Source of the DNA: an uncultured Bdellovibrio sp.
GTDB lineage: Bacteria; Bdellovibrionota; Bdellovibrionia; Bdellovibrionales; Bdellovibrionaceae
Reading direction: 5' to 3'
Assembly: GCA_963932905.1 (NCBI GenBank)
Contig: CAWVRN010000015.1
Span: forward strand, 35,595-99,594
DNA length: 64,000 bases
Under the pieces are notes generated by a model. That model saw only the letters and a list, made by a program, of their open reading frames with translations, searched no databases and was not told where the DNA came from. This document shows, in pieces, positions 18,672-28,154 of the stretch (position 1 is the stretch's first letter; each line of letters begins with the position of its first letter). The translations under genes and the position numbers were made by a program.

Positions 18672-19013
18672 TTATCCCTTTCGTCTAAGTCTTCTAGCTG
18701 AAATTTCAAAAATGCCGGAGAAGCTAGGATCGGGCTCAGAATCAAAAAGTTCGGCCATTGAAATTTCCTTAGGTTCAACCCGACTATCTGATCCAGTAAG
18801 TAGCCACTCAAAGGAGCAGCCCAATGCCCGACATAGCCGTTGAACTGCAATGTGATCATTTGGTACAGAGCCAGCCAACCAATCGTTCAAAGTTGCGGGT
18901 GTCACATTTGCGATCTCGGCTGCTGATTTTTGCGAAAGTCCACGCTCTGCAAGAATTGATTTTAAATTCTTAGCTAACGGGCTTTGAATTTTCTTGCGAG
19001 CAGGTTTGGGCAC
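18672..19013 (-). CDS. XRE/Cro-CI family HTH repressor
   Basis: LAERGLSQKSAAEIANVTPATLNDW..LCRALGCSFEWLLTG. Confidence 0.88.
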   Translation of the reverse strand: MPKPARKKIQSPLAKNLKSILAERGLSQKSAAEIANVTPATLNDWLAGSVPNDHIAVQRLCRALGCSFEWLLTGSDSRVEPKEISMAELFDSEPDPSFSGIFEISARRLRRKG

Positions 19014-19154
19014 AGACGAACTCCTCCAGCCAAACCAATCGGCTCAAACAAAACCAGAGTTCAACTAAATCCGGTTCTGCTGATTGATTCGGTTCTTCTT
19101 ATTTTCTATGGAGTTGGTTCGATTGGCACGTAGTTGGACCAAAATGGACCGAAA

Positions 19155-19790
19155 CTAAGAGTCCCCATCTCGACGCGCAGGAATTGATTCATAGTAGGCC
19201 ATTATCTCCGCCCACAATTTTTGATAGTTTTCTAAATTGAGCCATGCTTCTGGATCTCCAACTGTACCAAATCCCGATGGGCTCTTTACCCTTTGTCCAT
19301 CAAGAATTTTGCGTGTTGACTCAAACTGTTCTCGACTCTTAGGTGCTGGGTACCGACCAAGCCAGTAAACATACTCGGTCATTACATCAAGCAATCTTCG
19401 CTGAGGATCTGTGACAACAAATCCTGCATCTTTTGCGATCTTATTTAGTTGATGAATTGGCTTTAGGTTCTCGCAATGGCCGTCCCGTTTAACGATACAC
19501 GCTTTTAGAAGTAGTTCGATAGCCAATCCAGCATTTAATCGAAAAATAGGAGGAAGAGCTGCGCCAAACGCAAAACCAGATCCAAGGCCTAATACTTCAG
19601 GGGACACATTTACCGGACTATCTTTTTCACACACATTACCTAGAAGAACTGCGGCTGCATTAAGGTCTGAAGCTCTATTTCGCCAATACACTCCAAATCG
19701 AATGTTGATGTCGTAGCGGTCCCACACTCTCTCGTATTCATAAGAGCAATCTAAATCTTCAGTTGGATGAAGCTTCTCGAATTTTTTCAT
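19155..19790 (-). CDS. HEPN-like domain protein
   Basis: GLAIELLLKA, HQLNKIA, WLGRYPAP; likely start MKKFEK at 19790 after AGGA. Confidence 0.55.
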   Translation of the reverse strand: MKKFEKLHPTEDLDCSYEYERVWDRYDINIRFGVYWRNRASDLNAAAVLLGNVCEKDSPVNVSPEVLGLGSGFAFGAALPPIFRLNAGLAIELLLKACIVKRDGHCENLKPIHQLNKIAKDAGFVVTDPQRRLLDVMTEYVYWLGRYPAPKSREQFESTRKILDGQRVKSPSGFGTVGDPEAWLNLENYQKLWAEIMAYYESIPARRDGDS

Positions 19791-19809
19791 ATTTTTAATT
19801 CCTACCGAC

Positions 19810-20367
19810 TTAGATTTTATCGAGCTTGGCTTTAAGGCTCGATTGTATAGGAGAATTGAAAAGAACGGAGACTTCCTCCCCTGACAGTTCCTCACTCTCA
19901 TATAGTTTTTCAGCGATCAATTTAATTGCCGGTTTAAATGGGGTAAGTGTTCTTAATACCCAGGAAAGCTTCCAATCGACATAGGCTCTGACTAGCGGAT
20001 TTTCAATGTCAGCAAGTGTTCCAGGATTATTGACGGATAATTTGACCGTTGCGTTTTTAAACGTTTCATCAAATTCCAACAAATCCTCGATTAGTTCAAT
20101 TGCGCCAACTAAGTCAGTATGACTGCGATATATAGTGTATCTGCCCGATATCAATACCTCGCCGACAAACCCTGCTAAAGAGATTCTGATTTCCCGAAGA
20201 GCTTCGTCAGGATTTGTTATTTCTCGTGCGGGCGGTTCTGTTGACATCACTCCACGGTATTTATCGGTTCCTTTTATCGAGATTCTTTTTATCTTTAAAC
20301 CATGAATAGTGGCCATAACGGCGTGAGCAGTCTCATGGTATGCAGTTTTCAACTTTTCATGATCCAC
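19810..20367 (-). CDS. Stand-alone M41/FtsH-like zinc metallopeptidase domain
   Basis: TAYHETAHAV (HExxH), SLAGFVGE, IAEKLYESEELSGEEV; probable GTG start at 20367 after AGAGG (track ORF extends to 20403). Confidence 0.7.
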   Translation of the reverse strand: MDHEKLKTAYHETAHAVMATIHGLKIKRISIKGTDKYRGVMSTEPPAREITNPDEALREIRISLAGFVGEVLISGRYTIYRSHTDLVGAIELIEDLLEFDETFKNATVKLSVNNPGTLADIENPLVRAYVDWKLSWVLRTLTPFKPAIKLIAEKLYESEELSGEEVSVLFNSPIQSSLKAKLDKI

Positions 20368-20587
20368 GCCGTAACCTCTTTGCTCCAATCGTCCCCATCC
20401 CATAAAAAAGCCCGAAGTCTGTGTTGTCTCAGCCCTTCGGGTTCAACGTTTTCGTCCCCAATTTCTATTTCTGGATTTGCCGCAAATCAACAGCGGCCAA
20501 GATCAACTATTTAAAATCCGTATCTAATTTTCAATTCCAAGTTCCCGAGAACTCACGGGGACGACCCGGGTTCTCAAACTCTGAAAT

Positions 20588-20940
20588 TGGTGGAGGCGCC
20601 GGGAATTGAACCCGGGTCCGCAAGAGTTCCACGAAAAGGCGCTACATACTTAGTCACTGTTTTTAGTTAGGCTATCGGACTTCCAACGACAAAATTCCAA
20701 TAGTCACCCCCGCAGTTTATTTAGGTCGGTGCCCTGTAGAGAACAGCACTCAACCGGTACGGCATTAATAACAGATCTTCAGCTCAACACCGTCGATTCA
20801 ACTGAGATCCGTGACAGAACTAAGCTGCCATTGCAACGTTTTCGTTAGCAAATAATAGTTTGCACCTTTTTAACGAGGTCCCTGTGCGCCCCGGTATGCT
20901 CCCTTTGCTTCACTTCCCACGTCGAAGCCATGTCGCCCCC
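20588..20940 (-). ncRNA. ssrA: tmRNA (tag reading frame ANENVAMAA*)
   Basis: 5' GGGGGCGACATGGCTTCGAC; 3' GGACCCGGGTTCAATTCCCGGCGCCTCCACCA; internal GCT AAC GAA AAC GTT GCA ATG GCA GCT TAG. Confidence 0.96.
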
Positions 20941-21004
20941 ACTTGAAAGTTTCTAAAACAAAGACAGACCCTAGTTCTAAACTATTTCCGATTGGTTTAC
21001 AAAT

Positions 21005-21496
21005 TTAATAAGGCGTTCCGTCTTTTCTTGTGAAAACCCATTGTCCATTATCGTTCTGAACACCCCTAATATCGTCATTAGGATACGTCACCTCATCCCC
21101 TAATGATCGATCGCCGACCTCTAAATACCAAGCGTCCTTGTTCGACCGGTTCTGAAACTGATGAGCCTCGCCTCCCGCGGGAAACCCTGCGCACATACCC
21201 GCGCTTAGCACCGTTTCTGTGCCGTCACCCAGGATCAGCGTCAATTCGCCTTCAACCACATAAACAAATTCATCTTGTGTTTTATGTTTGTGTAACAAAG
21301 ACGATTTCGAATTAGGTTTCAAATGAGTCAGATTCACTCCGAAATTTTTCAATCCAAATACTTCGCCTAATTGACGTTTCTCTCGCCCCGCCATCAGCGC
21401 CGCAAACGGTGCTGGATAGATGGATGGTTTGGCTCTTATCGCTACATCTTTGGATTTAACCGCAACCAGTTTTAAATTTTTATTTGTCATCTGCAC
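21005..21496 (-). CDS. Cupin domain protein
   Basis: GLKNFGVNL, HKHKTQDEFVYVVEGE, GFPAGGEAHQF. Confidence 0.88.
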   Translation of the reverse strand: MQMTNKNLKLVAVKSKDVAIRAKPSIYPAPFAALMAGREKRQLGEVFGLKNFGVNLTHLKPNSKSSLLHKHKTQDEFVYVVEGELTLILGDGTETVLSAGMCAGFPAGGEAHQFQNRSNKDAWYLEVGDRSLGDEVTYPNDDIRGVQNDNGQWVFTRKDGTPY

Positions 21497-21541
21497 ACTA
21501 TATCGATCCGTGTGCGAGCCTTACAAGTTTTGACTGGTCGT

Positions 21542-21635
21542 AAAAAAGAAAAAACCGAGTGGGGGGACACTCGGTTTCATTTGGGGGGAGAAGCAACCGT
21601 CTTTGGGGGGAAAGACTTTGTGGCCGCTTCTGTCT
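21542..21635 (-). ncRNA. Candidate sigma54-dependent small RNA with three CCCCCC tracts
   Basis: Two stem-loops with C-rich loops, a C6 linker and a U-rich terminator tail; -24/-12 promoter just upstream. Confidence 0.6.
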
Positions 21636-21644
21636 TTATAGTAT

Positions 21645-21660
21645 TGCAATGGCCAAACCA
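21645..21660 (-). promoter_or_regulatory. Sigma54 -24/-12 promoter
   Basis: Minus strand TGGTTTGGCCATTGCA (GG-N10-GC). Confidence 0.65.
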
Positions 21661-21846
21661 ACTGACTCGTCTACGTTCGCTTCTATAAGCAAATAAATCA
21701 CAGCGGCCACTTTGGGAACACTTCGCGCGCCAAACCTGGCCTTAGTGTTTACGTTCCAAATCGATGCGGATTAAATTGATACACAAACAAGACCTGTACT
21801 GTGGACCGATTGAAATCAGCAGCGGGCTCACTTATCCTTTCTAACG

Positions 21847-22269
21847 ATGACGTCGATACTGCCGGCACCTTTAAAAATTCAAGATCTGGCTATCAAGGAT
21901 GACAACGCCAAACTGGTTTGGGATTTCACTCTTCGTTGCCAAACCAAAAAATCACTGTCACTGATCACCGAACTCAGATTAATCCAGCGCAGTCCAATGG
22001 ATGCTGATCGAATCACATTTGAATCTAAAGATATTAAATTATTTAAAGACACTATCGAGCTTCAGCCGGGCGTCGAAAAATTTAGTCGTGAAATTTCTTT
22101 GGCAGAATTAAAATCGATTTTTCAATCCACGATCAGCGAGTTAACCCAAGATCGCAAATCCAGCCATCCGTTTTGGCAGCTCAGATTAAAATTTACGGAT
22201 TCAAATAAAACGGAAACATTTGGCCTAACATTTAAACCAGCACCGGAAAATTGGTTTCATGTTACTTAA
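21847..22269 (+). CDS. Hypothetical protein
   Basis: 140-aa ORF; no recognisable motif. Confidence 0.6.
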   Translation: MTSILPAPLKIQDLAIKDDNAKLVWDFTLRCQTKKSLSLITELRLIQRSPMDADRITFESKDIKLFKDTIELQPGVEKFSREISLAELKSIFQSTISELTQDRKSSHPFWQLRLKFTDSNKTETFGLTFKPAPENWFHVT

Positions 22270-22718
22270 TAAAGTTTTGGAACTTTGAACCTAGATTCCG
22301 ACCGAAATCGGCTTGAAAAAAACATTCAAACTTAGATGAACTCGACCCCAAAATTAAGCTTAAAGTTTATAAAAGTTTGCGTCATAGATTAGCAAATATT
22401 ATGTCAAATCCTATTTTTTCTAATTTACGCAGGCCAAAGTTGTCCAAAAAAACCCGAAAAACAAGGAGTTATCAACCAAGCCCACAGGTTTATCCACATA
22501 CTGGACCGAAAATTTAAGAAAATCTTAAATTCGTTTAAGAAATCAAATCAGCATAAATATTGGGCATAAAAGACAGCGCAAGTAAAATTTTAGTAAAAAA
22601 ATTAATTACTTAGCGCAATTACTCTGAATTTTTGAAAAATAAGAAATAACTTTCGACCAGACGCAAGTCCAGAAATCTTAATAATGGCAAATTCCTAACT
22701 CAAGCGAGTCACTTCAAT

Positions 22719-22751
22719 AAAAAAGCGAGCTCTTTCGGGCTCGCTTTCTTT
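22719..22751. terminator. Intrinsic terminator
   Basis: AAAAAAGCGAGCTC-TTTC-GGGCTCGCTTTCTTT downstream of the 22777 gene. Confidence 0.75.
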
Positions 22752-22776
22752 GTCAATTTTAAATGTTAAGAATGAT

Positions 22777-23790
22777 TTACAGCTGTCCTTCATTTTCAAA
22801 TAAATTAGCTGCCTTCATTGCCTCTTCAGCCAAATCCTGAACTGATTTTTTTACCGGCGCTACCGTTTGATCGGCAGCAACGGCCTTCCCAGCTGTTAAC
22901 GCGTCTGTTTTCGCCACATCAGTGACCGGGAATAATTGGATATTAATCTGATAAATACGCTCGCCCTTTTTTTCTTTACGTGCGATCGCATTGTCTTTGT
23001 TTAGGCTCTTACGTAATTGGCGTAATTTGAATTTAGTTTCCTCAAATTCTTCTTTAGTCAGTGACAGCGTTAATGTTCCAAATTCACGTTCCTGAGGCGC
23101 TTCTTGATACAATGATTCTAAACCGATGTACATCAGCTGCATCTGCAATTTACGAACTAGCGCCACGGGAATTTCTTCCGCTGAATCCATCAGATTATGG
23201 GCGCGTTTCATTTCACCTGTGACTGGATCTTTGCGGATCTCACCACTTGAAATTAATGAATTCAACGCCGCTTCGATTTCTTGTTCAGACGCCTTGTTAC
23301 GAAGAAGGGCTTTTAACGATTGAATATCAAACGAAACGCCTTCTTGATCAATCATCGCATAGATAACCCAAGCTACCCAATTAGGAATCTTTTCCCAAAT
23401 GCGACGATCGATTTCGCCTGATTTCAATTTTTGATTGATACGAACTTCAGACAGCTTTTTTAAATAAACGTTACGTTCCGTTGTATCTTCGGCTTGGTTT
23501 AATTTTACCAAGTGTAAGAATTCTTCTGTTTGTTCTTTGTTTAATGAAAGTGCTTTAGCGAATTTTAAAATCATATCGTCGGACAAGTTACGCTGTCCTT
23601 CGATAATCATCTTTAGATAATTAGGTGATTTGATATTCGCCGCTGCCGAAAACAGTTGGTAGCTGTATGGGCGAAGATCGTTTTTGGTAAGCTCTTTCTT
23701 GTAGTGATAGAAATCCTGCAAGAACAAGCGATAGTCTAAATAATCGGACAAGGCAGGTGGTAAAATATTGTTTTTATCAAGTGCGCTCAT
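22777..23790 (-). CDS. TIGR02147/DUF4423-like protein with N-terminal HTH
   Basis: YLDYRLFLQDFY, KSPNYLKMIIEGQRNLS, EREFGTLTL, IYQINIQLFP; likely start MSALDK. Confidence 0.85.
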   Translation of the reverse strand: MSALDKNNILPPALSDYLDYRLFLQDFYHYKKELTKNDLRPYSYQLFSAAANIKSPNYLKMIIEGQRNLSDDMILKFAKALSLNKEQTEEFLHLVKLNQAEDTTERNVYLKKLSEVRINQKLKSGEIDRRIWEKIPNWVAWVIYAMIDQEGVSFDIQSLKALLRNKASEQEIEAALNSLISSGEIRKDPVTGEMKRAHNLMDSAEEIPVALVRKLQMQLMYIGLESLYQEAPQEREFGTLTLSLTKEEFEETKFKLRQLRKSLNKDNAIARKEKKGERIYQINIQLFPVTDVAKTDALTAGKAVAADQTVAPVKKSVQDLAEEAMKAANLFENEGQL

Positions 23791-23943
23791 CTGTAACCCC
23801 CGAGGTCTTTTCGCCTCTCTATTAAAAATCAAAATGCTAACATCTGCTAACATTTACTTTAGAGTTGATACCTTGCGGCTATTGCTGAATTTGGTGTCAA
23901 AATTTCCCAACCCCTAACTCTAATGTCCCCGGATTGTTACTAG

Positions 23944-23959
23944 AGCAATGACGATGCCA
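23944..23959 (-). promoter_or_regulatory. Sigma54 promoter for the TIGR02147-like gene
   Basis: Minus strand TGGCATCGTCATTGCT. Confidence 0.7.
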
Positions 23960-24081
23960 AAAAAAAAGAGCCCGAAGCGCACCATTTTGCGCTCGGGCTC
24001 TGTATAAAATCGTGGAATAATTTCAATTAGTTCACCGATTTTTTAGGAATCGGTTAGGACAGACGTGTAATCAGCAAAAAA

Positions 24082-25278
24082 TTAAAGACTTGCTGACACC
24101 GGCACGCGTGTAAATCGTAAAGTGAACGAGTTTGATGAACCCGTAGACGCAGATTTAACTGTCATATCAATAGTGATTTGACCTTTAGTGCTGTTTTGAA
24201 CCAGTTTCGCGTCAGAGATCGCGTTCATAAAGCTTAAATCTTTGCCTACGATTTGGCCCATCCACAGATCAACACCTTTAAATTTAGTCTCTTTATCCAC
24301 AGAGATCATTGGTGCTGATAGATCTTTCTTTAATAGTAAGTCCGCTTTAAAGCCTAATACTTGGCTGCGTTTACCAGTCACTACGGCTTTGAAACCTGAT
24401 TTACCGTTTACAACTTCAAAAGTGTTTAAATACGCTGAATCCACTTTGTTACCTGTTTCAAAATCTAACTGCGAGTTTTTGAAGAATTCAACTAGGGTTG
24501 CGTATTCGTTAGCTTGTTCTACTTTTTCATATTCAAACCAGATGTTAGCTAATGTTTGACGTAACAAAGCCGTTGCTTCCGCGCCGTCTTTTACAAATTT
24601 AACTAATAAGTTTGAGCATTGGTTAGCCTGTTTCACAGAATCTAAACATTCAGCTGTCAATTGAATTTCCGAACCAGAACCTGTTGTCGCTACGACTGAC
24701 ATGACCTGACCAGCTGAATACTGCGTGCGAACTTTAACTTGAGATAAACCAGCGCCTTTCGTTAGTGCGATATCTATAGTTAGCTCGCCTTGCGCATCTA
24801 CTACATACGACATATCCCAGATGCTAGCCGCTAGAATAGCGTTTCTATCTTGTTCAACCGCCAACTTCATTTTTTCGTTAGCTAACAACTGAGTCATAAT
24901 ACCATCAGCCGCAGAACCGGAATATTTCATACCTGATTTTGTTTTACCGCCAGTTACAACGATATCTTGAGTTCCCAAGAAGCTATCAGAAGAATCACCT
25001 TGTGAAGCTGAAGAACCTTTGTCTTCGGACTTGTGTTTGTGATTGTGTTTTCTACCAGAAGTGGCACCATGGCCTTGTTTAGATTTCTTTTTTTCTGCCG
25101 CTAATTTTTCAGCTTCTGCTTTCTTTTTAGCTTCTTCAGAAGAAATAGTAGGCGCCGGAGCTGCCGTTTCTGCTTTTTGAGCTTCAGCGGGCTGTTGAGC
25201 TGCTGATTCTTTTTTAGATCCACACGCTGTGAAAAACACAGCGGCCAATGAAAATACTAATAATTGTCTTAACTTCAT
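24082..25278 (-). CDS. Hypothetical lipoprotein
   Basis: Start MKLRQLLVFSLAAVFFTAC (lipobox); low-complexity linker; terminator hairpin at about 23960-24001. Confidence 0.8.
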   Translation of the reverse strand: MKLRQLLVFSLAAVFFTACGSKKESAAQQPAEAQKAETAAPAPTISSEEAKKKAEAEKLAAEKKKSKQGHGATSGRKHNHKHKSEDKGSSASQGDSSDSFLGTQDIVVTGGKTKSGMKYSGSAADGIMTQLLANEKMKLAVEQDRNAILAASIWDMSYVVDAQGELTIDIALTKGAGLSQVKVRTQYSAGQVMSVVATTGSGSEIQLTAECLDSVKQANQCSNLLVKFVKDGAEATALLRQTLANIWFEYEKVEQANEYATLVEFFKNSQLDFETGNKVDSAYLNTFEVVNGKSGFKAVVTGKRSQVLGFKADLLLKKDLSAPMISVDKETKFKGVDLWMGQIVGKDLSFMNAISDAKLVQNSTKGQITIDMTVKSASTGSSNSFTLRFTRVPVSASL

Positions 25279-25323
25279 GGTAACCCCCAAGGTTATAAAA
25301 AAAAGTTCGATGCCTGGAAGTAC

Positions 25324-25339
25324 AGCAAGGCGTAGGCCA
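25324..25339 (-). promoter_or_regulatory. Sigma54 promoter for the lipoprotein gene
   Basis: Minus strand TGGCCTACGCCTTGCT. Confidence 0.7.
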
Positions 25340-25396
25340 GCTAAAAACACCGAATCAAGCCTTGTCTTTCTAATGGAATGAGAAAAAAATACAGAT

Positions 25397-26041
25397 ATGT
25401 ACCAAGATAAAGCAGCCGTAATTAAGTATAACCTAAAATTCATCGTCGTAATCAGCTTGCTAGCTTTACTGTCTATCTTCTATATCGATCAGAACCTGAC
25501 GATGATATTTAAAGAAGACGACTGGAAATGGTTGATAGCAAGGGAAATCACGCATGTGGGGTTGTTTACGAATTACTTTATCCCTGCCGTTATCGTCTGG
25601 GGTGGAGTTGAAATATTCTTGCGCTGGAACAAATCAAAACCGCGTGAACGTTTAAAAAAAGTCGCCACGCAAGCTCTGTGGTTAGTATACTGTTTGTTGT
25701 TTTCTGGATTGTGCGTCCATATTTTTAAATTCTTGGTCGGTCGTCAGCGACCTAAAATTTCCCCTGAATTTGATCCCCATGTGTTTCAACCGTTTACAAC
25801 CAACTGGGATTTTCATTCAATGCCATCAGGACATTCACAGGTTCTGTTCACTGTCGCAACGTACTTTGCGTATCTGTTTCCTCGATTCAAGTACGGCATA
25901 TACACTGTAGCTTTTATACTGTCTTTCACACGAGTGATGACTCGTGACCATTTTTACTCGGATGTATTGATGGGCCTAGCCGTTGGTCATTTATCGACTG
26001 TAGTGATGATATATTGGCTTACACGTCGAAAAATGCCTTAA
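25397..26041 (+). CDS. PAP2-family membrane phosphatase (LpxE/LpxF-like)
   Basis: KFLVGRQRP, SMPSGH, TRVMTRDHFYSDV. Confidence 0.88.
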   Translation: MYQDKAAVIKYNLKFIVVISLLALLSIFYIDQNLTMIFKEDDWKWLIAREITHVGLFTNYFIPAVIVWGGVEIFLRWNKSKPRERLKKVATQALWLVYCLLFSGLCVHIFKFLVGRQRPKISPEFDPHVFQPFTTNWDFHSMPSGHSQVLFTVATYFAYLFPRFKYGIYTVAFILSFTRVMTRDHFYSDVLMGLAVGHLSTVVMIYWLTRRKMP

Positions 26042-26148
26042 TGTAAGCACTTTTAACAGCGACTTTTTACAGCGAACTGTTTACAAAGTAAACTCAAAAA
26101 GCTCACACCCTATTGAAATTATAGTCCTACTTGCGATACACCAGAAGT

Positions 26149-26967
26149 ATGGATATCGAAAAAGAAAACTTACAATCATCAGCTGAGTTTATCAAAACAC
26201 GGCTTCAGAATTTGAAAGCGGAACGCCCGCATTTTTCAATTCGTAATGAATGTTTAAAGTTACGTAAGGTATCACCCACGTTGGTCAGCCTTATGTTGCA
26301 AGGTAAACGAAAAGTTTCTTTAGATCGCGTGGATGAATTATCTATATTGTTAAAACTCTCTCCCAGTGAAAAACAAGCGTTCAAAAACCTAGTCGAATCA
26401 GAAACGCCGCAAAGTCGAAATCCACAAAAGAAATCGACTGTGGAAAAAACTCTGCTGAAAGAAATCAAAAAACGAAATGAAGTTTCTGATTCCATCCTGA
26501 CGAATTTTTTAAATATCTACGTTAAAGACGCATTTCAAATCCAAGAACTGCAGGATCATCCGGAATTAATTTACAAAAAATTAGCCTTTCTAGCAGACGA
26601 AAAAAGTATTCGCAAAAGCATTCATTTTTTACTGCGCGAAGGTTATTTGCGAAAAACACTAGACAACAAAATTGTGTTAGATCAACCCCTGTCCGTGAAA
26701 GAACCAAAAGAAGCGCATCTGTTAGTTAGACGCTTTCACAAGAAAGCATTGAAATTAGCGGCCGTAGGTTTGGATTTAGTTCCCACAGATAAACGCATCG
26801 CTAATACGTTTATCGTGCCGTTAGATCAAGCGACTTATTTTGAACTGCAAGACATGATCAGAAACTTTGCTGATCAGTTAAAAGAATTTTGTGAAACCCG
26901 CGCCCTGAACGGCGAAAACCTATATCAATTGACCCTGAACCTGACCCCAACTGGAGATTTAAAATGA
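26149..26967 (+). CDS. TIGR02147/DUF4423-like protein
   Basis: SPTLVSLMLQGKRKVS HTH, VRRFHKKALKLA, LYQLTLNLTP; likely start MDIEK. Confidence 0.75.
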   Translation: MDIEKENLQSSAEFIKTRLQNLKAERPHFSIRNECLKLRKVSPTLVSLMLQGKRKVSLDRVDELSILLKLSPSEKQAFKNLVESETPQSRNPQKKSTVEKTLLKEIKKRNEVSDSILTNFLNIYVKDAFQIQELQDHPELIYKKLAFLADEKSIRKSIHFLLREGYLRKTLDNKIVLDQPLSVKEPKEAHLLVRRFHKKALKLAAVGLDLVPTDKRIANTFIVPLDQATYFELQDMIRNFADQLKEFCETRALNGENLYQLTLNLTPTGDLK

Positions 26968-28154
26968 AACGGATTTTATTAACGATGCTATTTACAAGCT
27001 CATCCGTGTTGGCATCCACATTTATTGGTAACGGTGGCCAGACTGGTGATGTGGAACTGGCCGTCAGTTTAAAACAAGTTCGAGCGGCTGTTGATCGCAT
27101 TGAAACTTTAAAACAAGAACAACCTGATAAGCGTTACTGTTTATGCCCTGAAAACTATGCGGATCATGCTTTGTGCGAAATCATTGCAAAACTTAATGAA
27201 GATCAATTGAAATACTGTGACCGTTTTGTGGTGACTCAGCTACAGAAACTAGCGCGCGCTTCGCAATCAACACAATTTGAATGGGTTCCCACCTCGATGG
27301 TGAACCAAAATAAAGTGGGTGAACGCGTCGTCGATGCCGTGGCTCAGAAAGACAAAAAATTAATATATATCGACCAAGAAAAATTTGTGGCTCTGACCCA
27401 ATCAAAACGTATGTTCCTGTTAACTCATGAATTATTCCACATGGATACGTTCGATGGAAAAACCCTGGACGATGAAGATGCCATCGGACCATTTAAATAT
27501 CAGTATGGCGTCCGCGATCTGCTGAATGCAGCGGCGGCAGGTATTACGTTAACATCGATTGATGAAACTGTTTTCCAAGACTACACAAAATACTTAAGCC
27601 AATCACGATCGACAAAACGTCACTGGTTTAGCTTGATGACCCCGTCAACATCTTTGAAAGACGAAAATAAAACTCGATTTGATACCGAGATGTTGCATGG
27701 AACGCGCTTCACGTACCAATATCAATTTCCCAATTTGTTCAATTTTGGTTTAATACTGCATTTGCAAAACCAAAGTGGCGAGAAATCGATTTTTACCTCG
27801 ACGAAAATTAAACAAAAGCAAAACATCACAGCCGTGGGCGCAACCTATAGATACTTTATATTTAATAATATGGATCCGTTCAGTCATTTCTGGAATACAT
27901 TTGTTCAATTCGAAGTTTTAACCGAGCGTCTGGATGCCAATTTTGATATGTCAGATGGCTCTTCCAATGCTCAGTCATCCGCATCGTCGACAAACCTTGC
28001 TGGCCGAGTGAGTGTGTATTTCCCAATGAAACATGATTTTTGGATCAACACCGGTGTTCATTTCAGCGATCATAAGGTCAGCTTCCCAGAATTCGATTAC
28101 AATTTAACGTCAAACAGCCCGACATTTTTCTTAGGAGTCACATATGGCTTATAA
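26964..28154 (+). CDS. Secreted protein with HExxH motif and beta-barrel-like C-terminus
   Basis: Signal peptide, GNGG motif, LTHELFH, amphipathic strands ending FFLGVTYGL. Confidence 0.65.
   Translation: MKRILLTMLFTSSSVLASTFIGNGGQTGDVELAVSLKQVRAAVDRIETLKQEQPDKRYCLCPENYADHALCEIIAKLNEDQLKYCDRFVVTQLQKLARASQSTQFEWVPTSMVNQNKVGERVVDAVAQKDKKLIYIDQEKFVALTQSKRMFLLTHELFHMDTFDGKTLDDEDAIGPFKYQYGVRDLLNAAAAGITLTSIDETVFQDYTKYLSQSRSTKRHWFSLMTPSTSLKDENKTRFDTEMLHGTRFTYQYQFPNLFNFGLILHLQNQSGEKSIFTSTKIKQKQNITAVGATYRYFIFNNMDPFSHFWNTFVQFEVLTERLDANFDMSDGSSNAQSSASSTNLAGRVSVYFPMKHDFWINTGVHFSDHKVSFPEFDYNLTSNSPTFFLGVTYGL

Larger units (their letters stand above)
7616..20615. mobile_element. tmRNA-integrated genomic island (serine recombinase, Rep, tyrosine recombinase, IetAS-like cargo)
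   Basis: Bounded by the ssrA 3' end and its split duplicate; contains recombinase and replication genes; the major ORFs all lie on the minus strand. Confidence 0.8.

Noticed and set aside
20404..20490. c-di-GMP-I riboswitch (minus strand GGCAAA..GAAA..GGGACG)
   Set aside because: Only a partial first-stem resemblance; the second stem lacks the receptor motif and looks like a plain terminator downstream of ssrA.
7616..20587. Prophage or self-transmissible ICE
   Set aside because: No terminase, capsid, tail, VirB4 or coupling-protein genes are recognisable.
22382..22498. dif site or replication origin in the 500-bp AT-rich gap
   Set aside because: TTATGTCAAAT resembles a XerD arm but has no matching XerC arm, and there is only one perfect DnaA box (22490-22498).
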